Source: Octopus vulgaris
Lineage: Eukaryota
Assembly: GCA_951406725.2 (NCBI GenBank)
Contig: OX597819.1
Span: forward strand, 30,070,001-30,134,000
Reading direction: 5' to 3'
DNA: 64,000 nt
The position numbers and the translations under genes were made by a program. Below are positions 26,540-40,045 of the stretch, in pieces. Every line of letters begins with the position of its first letter. Position 1 is the stretch's first letter. Below the pieces are notes generated by a model. The model saw nothing but the letters and a program-made list of their open reading frames with translations. It made no database searches and had not been told where the DNA came from.

Positions 26540-27798
26540 TTATAAATACATATATACACACACACACACACACATACACACACACACACACATTTGTATA
26601 TATGTATGCATATATGTGTATGCGTGCGTGTGTGTGTGCTTCTATTTATTAAGTTTAAGGACGGCTCTGACAAATTTAACGTCACTATTTTTAAATCTTA
26701 AAACGGCCTATTTCTTGGTATTCATCAGATGACCTCAAACCAAGAAATGCGAAGTATACTAACGCGAAGCAAGAGTCAAAGGATTGGTTGTTGTATCCGA
26801 ACGAGCATGCTTAGAGTCAAATGTATTCCATCCATGACCAACGCGTCTTTGTGCAAGGATTGGAGTATCGAGGATTACATTATCCAGTATGTCTTTGGAG
26901 TAATTTTCTGGAGTAATTATCATAATGGCAAAGATCATTTCAACAAACAACACAGTGTACATCCGTATTCAGTTTTATTATTGGAGGCGACTTCAGGCCT
27001 TGTGCCTATTGTAGAAAGAATTATTGGAGGTGACTTTAAGCTAAACTTAATCAGACTTGCTCCTTATAGTAATGTTTTTTTTCCGCCTCACAACTGATGT
27101 AAATTTAATTGATAAAGAAAACTGAAAGCTGACTATATTCAATATGCTATCACCTGCTTGACTATTTCTCTCATGCCAAAAGTATCCCTGAGGAAAGAAC
27201 TCCTAGTCCTTATTTTACTTCAGGATTGCGGACGTGTGATCAATGATGCCATACAATGAAATTTCCTATCATTCATATATTGATTATGTACAAAAGAGCT
27301 AAATTATTACAGCATACCAATGTTACAGTGCTTCGTTTCTAATTACAAGACAAATTCTCCTGATTTGAGATGAATAGTTCTTAAATCAGAGATATCATTT
27401 ATTTATTCATTTATTTATTTATCCACTGAGTTTAGGGGACCATAAGCTCGATTTCACAAAATGAATAGATCTCCATATAATATCCCGCTTGATTGCTGAG
27501 TGATGCATCATAATTTGAGAGCCCATCATCATCCAACTTTGATGTCTTCTCTCAGTGTGTGAGAGTCAATCACATTGCCATTAGAGGGATTTTCAGTTCT
27601 AGGAGGAATTCATATTAAGAATCCAACATCAAGGAACAGACGTCGCAAAACAACTCCTACGTTTCTCTCTGAATTGGTATATTGCCTCTTCGGACCGATT
27701 GCAAAGAAAAGCTGACCTCGGCGTAATTTGAACTAAGTTCGCAGAGATCCAGAACAAATACTGCAAAGCGTACAATCCAGTGTTGTAATGCAACACTG

Positions 27799-27851
<53 letters not shown>

Positions 27852-27854
27852 GTA

Positions 27855-27898
<44 letters not shown>

Positions 27899-28933
27899 TG
27901 TGCATCTGTGTGCGCCTGCATGTTTTATATACTAATAAGGTTCGTTACATCAGTAAAAGCAGCAACTTTTAACAATAATTTGACAATCTAGTTTCTGGAA
28001 AACTCTTTAAGATGCTGTTTCTCCCAGACTCAGTTCTATTTGCAACAGGTTTCGATTCTATGTATCTATTTTACTACTATTATTATTGTTGTTTTTTTTA
28101 TCTATTCCCTTACTTTCCAGTAGTGCAAAACAAGCCAAATAATTTAGTTGTGTATACATTTAGTTATTTATTTATTTATGTTTATTTATTCATTTATCTA
28201 TCTATTTATTTATTTTCAAATTACCTAATTTATATATATATATGCACACAGACACACAAACATATGCACACATTCGTACATATAGTGACTTACATATATA
28301 CACACATAGAGATACACGTATGTATGTACATATATATATGTATACATATATATGTGTGTGTGTGTGTGTATGTGTGTGTGTGTGTGTATACATGTGTGCG
28401 TGTGCTTCCAGTGGTTTTCTGAATATTTATTCAATTACTCGTATTTATTCGTTCTTTGTTTTATTGTCCTTTTAAGACCATAATGGTATTCTCTAGAACC
28501 GTCGATTTAAGACACAATTACCGAAATAGAATGTGTTTTCGTGCGGTGGGGTTATTCATATTTATTTATATATACCATTTGTTTGTTTTTTTTTTTGGTT
28601 GCTTTCTTTTTCCATTTTTTATTGCCATATATTTCAATAACTTTCCCATTTTTACATATTAACGAAACTTAACGAAATATTTTCATTAAAATGCTCTTTC
28701 CTTCTCAGCATATACTAGCAATTTATATAGGAATTGGTTATATTTCTGAACTGAAAACAGTTACACCGTTGTCTTTATATATATGTTTCTTTCATTTGTT
28801 CTGCTTATCTGCTATTTGCTTTCTTTTCTACTCTGTCTTTCAATATGTATAAGCAGAAATGCGAGCTTGAGATGAATTTTTTATTTTATATTTGTGAGTG
28901 TTCTTATCTCTTTCTCTCTTTCTCTCTCCCTCC

Positions 28934-29019
<86 letters not shown>

Positions 29020-29074
29020 GTATGTATATATATATGTATATATATATATTTATTTATATATATGTGTGTGTATG

Positions 29075-29108
<34 letters not shown>

Positions 29109-29163
29109 TCGTCAATATGTGCATACGCACACACACGCACATACACATACATACATACATACA

Positions 29164-29197
<34 letters not shown>

Positions 29198-30631
29198 CAT
29201 ACATACATATATACATACATACATACATACATACATACATACATCTATAAAACACTAAGCCTTCAGCAGTTCTTTCATAATTGCGGGCTAACAAGATTAC
29301 CAGATCGAAATCTCTCATACGCTCTACACAGTCATCCATCCATATATTCATACATAAATAATATATATATATGAGTAAATACATACTTACATACATACAT
29401 GCGAGCATGTATGTATTTATGTATGTATGCATGCATAAATTAAGAAAATTAATATGGCGTATAGAAAGTAACTGCTCTGAACAACACGAACATTCATATA
29501 CATTGCAATACTTTACAAAAAGTAACCTGACTGTTTTGTCTTTTATGCGCATATAAGCCAGAGTTTTATGTTATATGCGCCTACACATCTATTGGTTGTT
29601 TTATATATGCCTAGTCGTCTAAATGTCTTTGTGTGAATATATATGAATGTATGCGTGTATATGTGTGTGGGTGTGTACATACATACACACATACATATAC
29701 ATACATACATACATACATACATACATACATACATACATACATACATACATACATGCATACATACATATGTGTTTTTATAAAAGGCTTTATGTCTTGTTTT
29801 GTATATGCTTATACGTTCGTATCTTGACTTATATTCGCCTTTAAGCCCGTTTGCATAAACTTATACGGTTTAATCATGTTAAAAGTTGACTCATAGATAA
29901 AAGGCATATCAGCGATATTCTCTGTTTTTGTGTTTAACGCAAACGCTGGCTCATGGAAAGTAATAAAATCGTAAATCATCTTATCCTACCTCGAAGGAAA
30001 CCCATATCGCTATGATGTTAGAAACAACGAAGCATGTTTTTAACTTACGCATAATAGTTTTCCTGCCTATGAAGCAGGCGGTACGTGATCACCCAATTAG
30101 CTAGAAATACCAGCCAATTTTCTCTGAAAACCACATTTTCGCATTTTATTAAGTATATATTCTAAACTGTAGCCTAGAAAATAGGGTCTCGATTACAATG
30201 TCAATGGATCATTAGTCTGCTTCTTTTAGGTGAGCCGAGGACTAAAATCAGCAAAACATATCTTTTTCTTTCGATTTAACATAGTAATAAGTTGAATATT
30301 GCTGCAAGTAACAGGTACATACTTATTGTATCTTTGTGTTTGCATATGACATATTCTTGTTAAGAAACTCTTCTCCACACCCCTGCCTCGCCATTTTGGA
30401 TGACATTCTGACTCTGTCAAAAGAGGATATGTATCTTTATTTTTCACAATATTTTCCACACTTAATCACACACATATTTATTATGATGTATAATTTCATA
30501 TTTTATATTTGACATTCTATACTTGACTCTATATGTTTGATATATGTATACTAATTTATATTTATGATTCATAGTTTTTAATTCTTAATTGTGTAAAGTT
30601 AAATTTTTAAATTTTTAATTTTTAACAATTA

Positions 30632-30668
<37 letters not shown>

Positions 30669-30670
<2 letters not shown>

Positions 30671-30916
30671 CGCAGGAGTTGCTGTCTGGTAAGTAGCTTG
30701 CTACTCAACCACATGGCTCCGGGTTCAGTCCCACTGCATAGCACCTTGGGTAAATATCTCCTACTATACCGTCGGGCCAACCAGAGCCATGTGAGTGGAT
30801 TTGGTAGGCGGAAACTGAAGAAGCCCGTCGTAGATAGATATATATATGTATGTATGCATATATGCATGTATGTATGTATGTATGTATGTATGTATGTATG
30901 TATGTATGTATGTATG

Positions 30917-30980
<64 letters not shown>

Positions 30981-31148
30981 TGAGAAAGTTAATATATAGT
31001 TAATCCAAACAAGAAAGCACAAAAAAACACAACAACGCGAAGACGTGGAACAAATATAGTATTATTGGACGCTCAGGAAAGAAGGAAAGAAGGACGGTTT
31101 AACGTTTCGAGCAGAGGTCTTCGTCGGAAACATAGGAGGAGGAAAGAT

Positions 31149-31218
<70 letters not shown>

Positions 31219-31228
31219 CGTATATATG

Positions 31229-31270
<42 letters not shown>

Positions 31271-31609
31271 AGGGAAGAAATGGAGCTGAACGAAGATTCT
31301 ACAAAATTCCTTTTATTATTTTCTACACATGTTTCAAAGGCTGCAAATTTCCAAATTCGGATTGAATAAGGAGACCATTTTGCAGCTTTCTCTTCAGGAA
31401 AATCCAGGAATTTAAATCTCAAAACAAATGCGCAACAAGCTATTCGAACAAAACAGCTCTATATAAAACTTCAATTATCCGCGATAAGGCACGGTTGCGA
31501 CACCCCATGGTCGTAACCTCAACCGTGTTTTTTCTATTGTGATTTTTGCTACCCAGGTATCGGTTAAATTTTGAATAATCCGTAACAAGATAATTCATTT
31601 ATCCATTTC

Positions 31610-31652
<43 letters not shown>

Positions 31653-31868
31653 AGTATGTATGTATGTATGTATTATGTATTTGTTATTTGTGTCTGTGTT
31701 TGTTCTCCCACCATCGCTTGACAACCGATGTCGGTGTGTTTACGTTCCGGTCACATAGCGGTTCGGCAAAAGAGCCAATAGGATAAGTACTAGGCTTACA
31801 GAGAAATCCTGGGTTGTGCTCTAGAATAGCCACAGTCAAATGACTGAAACAAGTAAGAGAATAAAAGA
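30669..31868 (+). mobile_element. SINE family A expanded by about 850 bp of microsatellites and nested insertions at its centre
   Basis: Head 30669-30830, tail 31683-31868; between them lie microsatellites plus H2 (30990-31150) and H1-like (31265-31612) elements. Confidence 0.8.
31319..31402 (-). ncRNA. Hammerhead ribozyme, type I, intact core, long stem II
   Basis: ttttc-CTGAAGA-gaaagctgcaaa...tttgcagccttt-GAAA-CATGTG-TA-gaaaa. 5-bp stem I, 11 of 12 pairs in stem II, GUA triplet. Confidence 0.85.
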
Positions 31869-32154
31869 ATATAAATACTCTTTTCTTTTCTTCTTTTCTG
31901 CCGTTTTCAGCTAGAGGCCCGTGCCATGCTGGATCACCACCTTTCAGTGTCTTGGGGTCTCCTTTCTCTACTGCTTTTTGTGAAAAAGCGAGTTGCCTCC
32001 TGCTGCAATGTGGGTTTATCTGGGATTTCAGATAGAAATTTGTCCAGGTTTCAAGGTTTCCACATCTACCAGTTCTTTGGCAGGGTTTTAAAGAGTTGAG
32101 GTCCCCCGAAATCCAAACTGAAGAAGACGGATCTATCCACCCATCCATCCATCC

Positions 32155-32354
32155 AGCACGCCAGGCGAAATGTTTAGCGGTATTTCGTCTGCCGTTACGT
32201 TCTGTGTTCAAATTCTGCCGAGGTCGACTCTGCCTTTCATCATTTCGCGGTCGATTAAATAAGTACCAGTTACGCACTGGGATCGGTGTAATCGACTTAA
32301 TCCCTTTGTTTATCCCCTCTATGTTTAGGCCCCTGTGGCCAATAAAGAAATATA
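32155..32354 (+). mobile_element. SINE family B (5' truncated)
   Basis: gcacgccaggcgaaatg...gtcgattaaataagtaccagtt...aataaagaaata. Confidence 0.85.
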
Positions 32355-32418
32355 TGTGTATGTGTGTGTGAGTAAAAATATATGTAGACAAATAGACAAA
32401 AAATAGATAGATGAATAT

Positions 32419-32826
32419 CAGCGCGGCTCTGCGGTAAGAAACTTGCTTCTCAATCACATGGTTCTGGGTTCAATCCCACTGCGTGGCACCTTGGGCAAGT
32501 GGTTTATACTATAGAATCCGGCCGACCAAAGACTTATGTGTGGATTTGGTAAACGGAAATTGAAAGAGGTCCGTCGTTTATATGTATATATATCCATGTG
32601 TGTATATTTATGTCTGTGTTTGTGCCGCCATCACCGCCATCACTTGACAACCGGTGCCGGTGTGTTTACGCCCCCGTAACATAGCGGTTCTGCAAAAGAG
32701 ACCGATAGAATAAATGCCAGACTTTAATGAATAAGTACTGGGGTCGATACATTCGACTAAAATTTCTTCAAGGCGGTGCTCCAGCATGACCGCAGTCTAA
32801 TGGCTGAAACAAGTAAAAGCTAAAAG
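32419..32826 (+). mobile_element. SINE family A, older subfamily
   Basis: Family A head and tail, diverged. Confidence 0.85.
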
Positions 32827-32829
32827 CAT

Positions 32830-32885
<56 letters not shown>

Positions 32886-32892
<7 letters not shown>

Positions 32893-33180
32893 GATAAAAA
32901 CCAACTTTTATCAATTCAAAATGAACAATTAAAACATATATTATATGTTTTTATTATTATTATTTTGGCAATTTACTTAATCATTGACATTTATCGTTAT
33001 TTTAACTTTAATATTTCTCTTATATGTAATTTTCTAGATGATGTAATTTAATTGCTCATTTTGAATTGATAAAAGGTGGGTTTTTTCTAATTTTTTATAT
33101 ATATATTATATTGTGTGAAATTTGATTTAGTATTTCTAAATTGAATTTTTTTCCTTGTAGGTTTGGATTTTATTCACTCA
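32886..33180 (+). mobile_element. Penelope-like 3' end with short inverted arm
   Basis: 32886-32931 is inverted at 33048-33095; the end ttccttgtaggtttggattttattcac resembles the H3 terminus; in (TA)n. Confidence 0.55.
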
Positions 33181-33198
33181 AATAATAATAATAATTGT

Positions 33199-33249
<51 letters not shown>

Positions 33250-33764
33250 CCCGTCCTATATAAATGTGTATGTGCTTGTATGTTTTGACTATCTCCCCCA
33301 CCATCGCTTAACAACTGATGTTAGTGCGTTTACGTCCCCGTAAATTAGAGGTTTAGCAAAAGAGACCGATAAAATCTGTAGTTAGCCTACAAAGAATAAG
33401 TGTCGGGGGGGCGATTTGTTTGACTAAAAGGCGGGGCTTCTGCATGGTCATGTGTGTGCATGTATGTATTCACATTTATATACGATAAAATCGAAAAGTG
33501 AGGATGAGTGCGTGCAACACCGCGTTGGTGGATATACATTCTTTATTTGTGGCTAATAAGGCTACCAGCTGTTTCATGTAGAGAGAAATCTCTCAACAAT
33601 TATCAAGTGTGCGACATGGGAATGTTGGTACACGCCTGCACATACACACACACACGCGCGCATTCACGCATGCACGCGCGCGCACACACAATACAAGGTC
33701 TTTGTGGTGTGCATGTATATACATATCTTTAACGTGCTTTTATATTTGTATATATATATATATG

Positions 33765-33842
<78 letters not shown>

Positions 33843-33844
33843 TA

Positions 33845-33888
<44 letters not shown>

Positions 33889-33890
33889 CT

Positions 33891-33930
<40 letters not shown>

Positions 33931-33960
33931 AGAATTAAGGGATGGAGTAAACAAGAGCCG

Positions 33961-34044
33961 GGCTACATATGTTTCATAGCAAGCGGAACCTCAGAAATGG
34001 TAAATATCCAAGCGAGATGTATACTGCATGCTACTCTTCAGGCC
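33961..34044 (-). ncRNA. Hammerhead ribozyme, type I, intact core (left arm)
   Basis: ggc-CTGAAGA-gtagc...gctat-GAAA-CATATG-TA-gcc on the minus strand. Confidence 0.85.
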
Positions 34045-34075
34045 AAGGATATCTTGATTAAATCAAGATATCCTT

Positions 34076-34159
34076 GGCCTGAAGAGTAGCATGCGGTAAA
34101 CACCTCGCTTGGATATTTACCATTTCTGAGGTTCCGCTTGCTATGAAACATATGTAGCC
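34076..34159 (+). ncRNA. Hammerhead ribozyme, type I, intact core (right arm)
   Basis: ggc-CTGAAGA-gtagc-at-gcgg..cctc...gagg..ccgc-tt-gctat-GAAA-CATATG-TA-gcc; GUA cleavage after 34156. Confidence 0.88.
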
Positions 34160-34464
34160 CGGCTCTTATTTACTCCATCCCTTAATTCTTGTATTCTTAA
34201 TCGCACACTCGGCAACCCTCGCCTACCGTGAAATATGAAAAATGCATTTTTCAGTTTATCGTAGTTGGATACGTAAAAAAGCCACAACCTTCCCTCTCAA
34301 TAAACCACTATCATCCCAGAAAGTTGTTTTTTTTATATATATATTTACTAGGGACTCCTTCAAGTTAACTTTCTTCCTACACCTCGATCCCTGGATTTAT
34401 AATTTATATATAAGATATTTCTATATGTGTGTGTGCACGCGCGTGTGTGTATGTATGTATGCAC

Positions 34465-34672
34465 ATACCGTTGGGTACCGTTGGCGATTTTTTTTTCCTC
34501 CGGCTTCTCTTCTTTGGATCTTTCCTTTTCCTATGTTTCTGACGAAAAGCTCCGCTCGAAACGTTAAACCCTGCTTCTTTCCTTCTTTCCTGAGCGTCCA
34601 ATAAATACTATACTTGTTCCACGTCCTCGCATTGTTGCGTTTTCTCTGTGTGTTTTCATGTTTGGATTAACT
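34465..34672 (+). mobile_element. Family H2 repeat with minimal hammerhead (34535-34569)
   Basis: gttt-CTGACGA-a-aagc-tcc-gctc-GAAA-CG-TT-aaac. Confidence 0.65.
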
Positions 34673-35820
34673 TTGTGCACGTATGTATGTACATGTGTGT
34701 GGAGAGGGAATATAAGAGAAATTGATAGATTTCAGTTTAGTGAAAATATTTGCAATGTTTTTAATTCGCCTCATAACACAATAAACATTTCACTGGAAAC
34801 ATTTTATTAGAACAAATCATTAAAATCGCTGCAGTAAGTCTTCAATTAAGACTTCGGTTGAAATTCTATCATACATTCTTCCTGACATTCTAAATTATGA
34901 ACTGTATAACAGAGTTTAGCTTCAGTAAATTCATTTATTTCTTCAATTATCTTTTTTGAGGGCTTCTATAGTCAGCAGATTCTTCTCCCTCTCCTTTTTT
35001 TTTTTTTAATATGCAATGTTATTCAAAGGATTTGCTACACATCTTTCTGAAATCAAGTAAAATTATAGGAGTTTCCTACATGTCCCAATGGATTTTTCAT
35101 TTTTGTATCCTATCTAATGTTTCCTTGACAACAAGAATTCGATCATTATTTTTTTTTAATAAATGTCTTTCAGATGAGTAGTTTTCGTATAGATTTGTTT
35201 TCCCTTCCAAAGTTTAAGTAAACGCGTTATCTAACGTAAATTGCTTATCGTTTTGCGGTTTTGAATTGTTGTGAGGTCATAGGAGTGATAGGCAGAAACT
35301 GTTGAGCAATGAAGTAATTGTTTATGTGATTTGTATATGTGTATGCGTGTGTGTGCTTTCATGCGTGTGCATGCGTGTGCGCGCGCGCGTGTGGGTGAAA
35401 GAGAGAAAGAGATACAGTGTGTGTGTGTGTATGTGTGTGTGTGTGTTCCTTTACATTCTGTGCTCAAATACCTTCGATACCAGTCGAATTTGGTTTGTCG
35501 TTCGTCATTCTGGTGTCATCGAACAAACCCAAGATTTTGGAAGACCATATACAAAGATTGTCATATCGTGGTTTCCAGTCATCGTGTCCGATGCAGGAGG
35601 AGGAGGACGACGAGGACGAGGACGACGACGACGAGGAGAAGGAGGAGGAGGATGTGTCGAGGAAATTAAATCATATACTGCTATAGATTAGTCTACTACT
35701 ACCTACCTCAGAATTCGTTTTCCCTTGTGTCTGTAGCAGATAACATTATAAAGGTGATGGTTCTCCTTATAAACACAGCTTCTCTACCACAAAAGTCATT
35801 AATATTATTTCTAACTTAAA

Positions 35821-36030
35821 GGCGGCGAGCTGGCAGAATCATTAGCACGCAGGGCAAAATGCTTAGTGGCATTTCGTCCGTTTTTACGTTATGAATACAA
35901 ATACTGCAGAGGTCGACTTTTATGGATCCTTTCGGGGTCCATAAAATAAGTACCAGCTAAGACTGGGGTCGATGTAATCGACTTACCCTCACCAAAAATT
36001 ACTGGTCTTGCGTCAAAATTTGAAACCAAT
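35821..36030 (+). mobile_element. SINE family B, older tail variant
   Basis: ggcggcgagctggcagaatc...cctttcggggtc...aaaatttgaaacc. Confidence 0.8.
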
Positions 36031-37201
36031 ATCATTTCTAACTTAGGCACAAGTCCATAAATGCGGTGGCAGAAACAGCCGATTATATCAACCCCATTGC
36101 TTAGCTGGTAAGTCTCTATACCGCTGCCCTAAGGGTGAAAGAAAAATTAACTTCCGTAATGATTTGAACTTAGAATGTAAAGGGCCGTACAAGGCAATTT
36201 GTTCGATGTCCTACCATCAAATTAATAACTTTTAACATAAGCACAAGACTAGAAGTTTGGGAGCGAGAACAGCTGATCATGTCGACCTCTGTACATGACT
36301 GGTACTTTAGTTTATCGGCCCTAAATAGATTAAAGTTCAAGTTGACTTCATTAAAACCCGAACGTAAAGAACAGACACTATAATCATATTAGCACAACCC
36401 AACTTATCGCAACTTTCCATTCAGATCTCTATGAATCTGTAACGCATAATAATATAAAAGAGACCTGATATTCTTAAACATAAATATTTTTTTATAGATA
36501 CATAAATATTGTAGTTAAGAGATAATAAGGATCCTAAAAACAGCAATCATTTTGACTAGGTTTTATGTTTGTATTGGTGTTCGTGTGTTGCTGCAAGCGC
36601 GCAGTGGTACAAGATCATGTAACTACACTTGAGGCTATTAATATTGCTATCGCTGTTGTTATTGTTGTTGTTGTTGTTGCTGCTGTTGCTTAGCCTGAAC
36701 GAGTAGACTTATAGCTCTATACTACAATGGAATTACTTTAAAAAATGTGAAGTCCAAATGCAGCATCGATAAATAAAATGATTAACCAGTAAGAGCCTGG
36801 CGAATCAATGCTGAACTATCGATTTATAAACTGTAATTTTTTATAGCACAGCAGATTGTTTCTAGTTGTCTCAGCAGCATTCAGGTCTAATTTTCTGTAG
36901 AGAGTTTCAGTTTTATGAGCACTTGTCGCTCAAACAAACATAATAAAGATATAACAAGTAAAATGTGGGAGGTAAAATGTGGTTTTCACTTTGTATCATT
37001 TCTAATGCTATCTTGACAATACGTATTAGAGGGCCTTTTTTTTATATCTTTGTCCACCTGAGAAATTTAATTGGGATTTTATGTATAGTGTTCAATACAT
37101 CACTCCTTAATTTATTTAACTTCATGCATTTGACCCACTTCAGTTATTTCCCAGAGCCAAGTATATATTTTTAATTATACAAATTAATATGGCCAAACAT
37201 C

Positions 37202-37635
37202 GGATCTTTTCGGTTTGAACGACAGTTATTAACATAATTTCTAGGTAACCAAAAATGTTAAACTTCGTATACTGGTAGAATGTGCTTATAAAACATCTTT
37301 TTCTCTTGACTTTATTGAGAAAATTCTATAGTTTGTAAGATTTTTGTTGTTGTTCTTCTTCTTCAATTTCTGCAATTTCAACCAATCAGTGACGTCCATT
37401 GAGGTAAAATAAAAAACACTCTGTGCCGTATGAATATGTCCCTCGTTTAAGAAACAGATTGGGTTTATTTACATTCGTGAAGAAAAAAAGATACCCTTCC
37501 GTCCACCCCTAACCCTAACTAATCCTAACCCTAAAACAGATTGAAATGTAATAGATCGATTCTAGAGTCATAATTATGGGTGACAATTTCATATGACACC
37601 GCGAGAAAAAACTGTCGTTCAAACCGAAAAGATCC
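37202..37635 (+). mobile_element. MITE with GGATC.. TIRs and internal (CCCTAA)n, copy 1
   Basis: ggatcttttcggtttgaacgacagtt ... aactgtcgttcaaaccgaaaagatcc. Confidence 0.9.
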
Positions 37636-38893
37636 CCAGTGCCTCTCCAAAACTTATTGATTTACTTTTCAGGAATTAATTTGAAATGCCCTTATATTAT
37701 CTCCCTTTATCTTTGAGAGTCAGTAACAATTATCTCTAATAAATTTTAATTATTTAAGAATTTAATGCTTGCGCTACTCAGAAAATCACTCCTTAACTTA
37801 TATATTTAATTTGTTTTTCATTGACCAATTTGAGTAATTATGCAGCACAGGTGTGGAAGACAAACAGCTAAATTGGAAAAAGAGAATAATTTTAGTCATT
37901 AATGGAATACACCAAGAAATACAGATGTGCTGCGTATTTTACCACCGTTTCACAGCATGTATTTCCAACTTTCATTACACAATTATGATCTTCACAATTA
38001 AATTTCCAAAAATTGCCAATCACTACAATCTTCGAGAAAATATCAGCATAAACAGATTATTGAGGGACTTTTCAGTGAATTATACACATTCATATATAAA
38101 CCATACACATTAATATGTAGACCATATACACGAATATGAACGTATTTTATAGTCATATACTGGTAACTATTTTATTGAATGAAACTAGTTTCACTTTCTT
38201 CATCCTCTGATGTCTGGGATTTATTGTCAACAAAAAAATATCGAATTTGAAAAGAACAGGCCAGTTATCTTCTTACATTTCTGTCTTTGCTTGATCACTG
38301 GAGGATTATCGTTAATCTCTCACATCACGGTATATCAAAGAAGGAAGATATTACCAAAAGTGAAAATCTGCTCAGTTTCAGATGGAATTCATGTTGCTAC
38401 TGTTACTATTGCTGCCTTTTCTACAGCCTCCCTCAATTCTTCGATATCGTCGTCATTTTCATTTGCTTTATCTTGGTCGTATTTTTCTTCACATTTTCCT
38501 TTTTAGCATTTCTTTTCGTCTTTCAAGCATCGAAGATTACATTATATTTATCAGTGTATAAGTTTAACATAGAATTAGCTATTGCAGACAAGCCGCTTCA
38601 CTCAGTCTTCAATCAAAACCAGGACTTAATTACCATAGCAAAACCGGCTCAGACTATTCGAAATCTAACCTAAGCATTGGCAGAACGACGTTTGGTGGCC
38701 TTCATTAAACCAAAAGGAACATTACAAGCTAATTACACTCATGCTAATTTATACATTACACATACTACGTACAATGGCCTGCTGTGGCTATCATAATGCA
38801 ATTGTTTACACCCATAAGAACACAGTTATTTAAAAATTAAGCTCCCACAGAGTGGAATATGAACCAGTGTCGCCCTATCGACCCGGTTATAAG

Positions 38894-39124
38894 GGCGGTG
38901 AGCTGGCAGAATCGTTAGCACGCCGGGGGAAATGCCTAGCGGTATTTCGTCTGCCGTTATGTTCTGAGTTCAAATTCCGCCGAGGCCAACTTTGCCTTTC
39001 ACCTTTTCGGGGTAGATTAAATAAGTACCAGTTACGCACTGGGATCGATGTAATCCTCTTAATCCCTTTGTCTGTCCTTGTTTGTACCCTCTATGTTTAG
39101 CCGCCTGTGGGCAATAAAGAAATA
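38894..39124 (+). mobile_element. SINE family B, full length
   Basis: ggcggtgagctggcagaatcg ... ctgtgggcaataaagaaata. Confidence 0.9.
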
Positions 39125-39524
39125 TATATGCATGTCTCCACACTCTACTTCTACAAAAAGTAACTGCATGGCATGGAATTGACAGCTTGTAACACCTAAT
39201 AGCACCTACCCTTTATTCCAGATAGCTCAACATTTTGCTAAAAATTAAAATACATATACTTCAAATCTATAACATTCCATCGTTCGAAACAAAAAAAAAT
39301 AATAATTTATATAAGCATAATAAACATGTATTGCATAAACACAAAAGCATTGAGCGTATCTTTAATATTATTCATAACTATCGATTTACACATAACATAA
39401 CTTATACCCATCATTTACAACTTTCATGCATAATAAATCCCGTCCTATGATACTCTGAAATAAAAATGTGATTCTAGAATACCAAACATCGCACAAAAAT
39501 TAATACAGAGAAACAGATATGCTG

Positions 39525-39724
39525 TTGTCATTATTATTTTTATTACTATCTTCATCATCATCATAATCATCATCGTCATCATCATCATCATCATCGTCAT
39601 CATCATCATCATCATCATTACTACTACTACTAATACTTATAGTAGTAGTAGTAGTAGTAGTAGTAGTGTAGTGGTGGTGGTGGTGGTGGTAGTAGTAGTT
39701 GTAGTAATGTAGTAGTGGTGGTGA

Positions 39725-39757
<33 letters not shown>

Positions 39758-39865
39758 CAGTAGTAGTAGCAGTAGTAGTAGCAGTAGTAGTAGCAGTAGT
39801 AGTAGTAGTGTAGTGGTGGTGGTGGTGGTAGTAGTAGTTGTAGTAATGTAGTAGTGGTGGTGATG

Positions 39866-39930
<65 letters not shown>

Positions 39931-39940
39931 TGTTGTAGTA
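39525..39940. repeat. Compound triplet microsatellite (CAT/TAG/TGG/CAG)
   Basis: Direct reading; source of the poly-Y/H/T/L/D ORFs. Confidence 0.95.
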
Positions 39941-40045
39941 TATTGCTCTCTTTTTTCTTTCCATTTCACTTTTCTTTTTCTTTGATTTATAGTTTATTTT
40001 TTTATTCTTTATGACTGAAAGTTAAGGCCTGTAAATGGCAACTTA

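Larger units (their letters stand above)
33928..34192. repeat. Near-perfect 265-bp palindrome (centre 34060), family H6
   Basis: 132-bp arms with about 4 mismatches and a 1-nt loop; left end abuts (TA)n. Confidence 0.95.

Noticed and set aside
26705-26735. CTGATGA...GAAA on the minus strand
   Set aside because: No stem II, stem III or stem I pairing.
26759-26962. Minus-strand ORF MYTVLFVEMIFAIMII...QRRVGHGWNTF as a secreted peptide precursor, and the overlapping plus-strand 122-aa ORF
   Set aside because: Weak signal peptide, no recognisable family or amidation motif, no splice support; compatible with chance in non-repetitive DNA.
35417-35691. Acidic EEEDDEDEDDDDEEKEEED ORF as an exon
   Set aside because: Derived from GAG/GAC triplet repeats following a (TG)n tract; no convincing splice pair.
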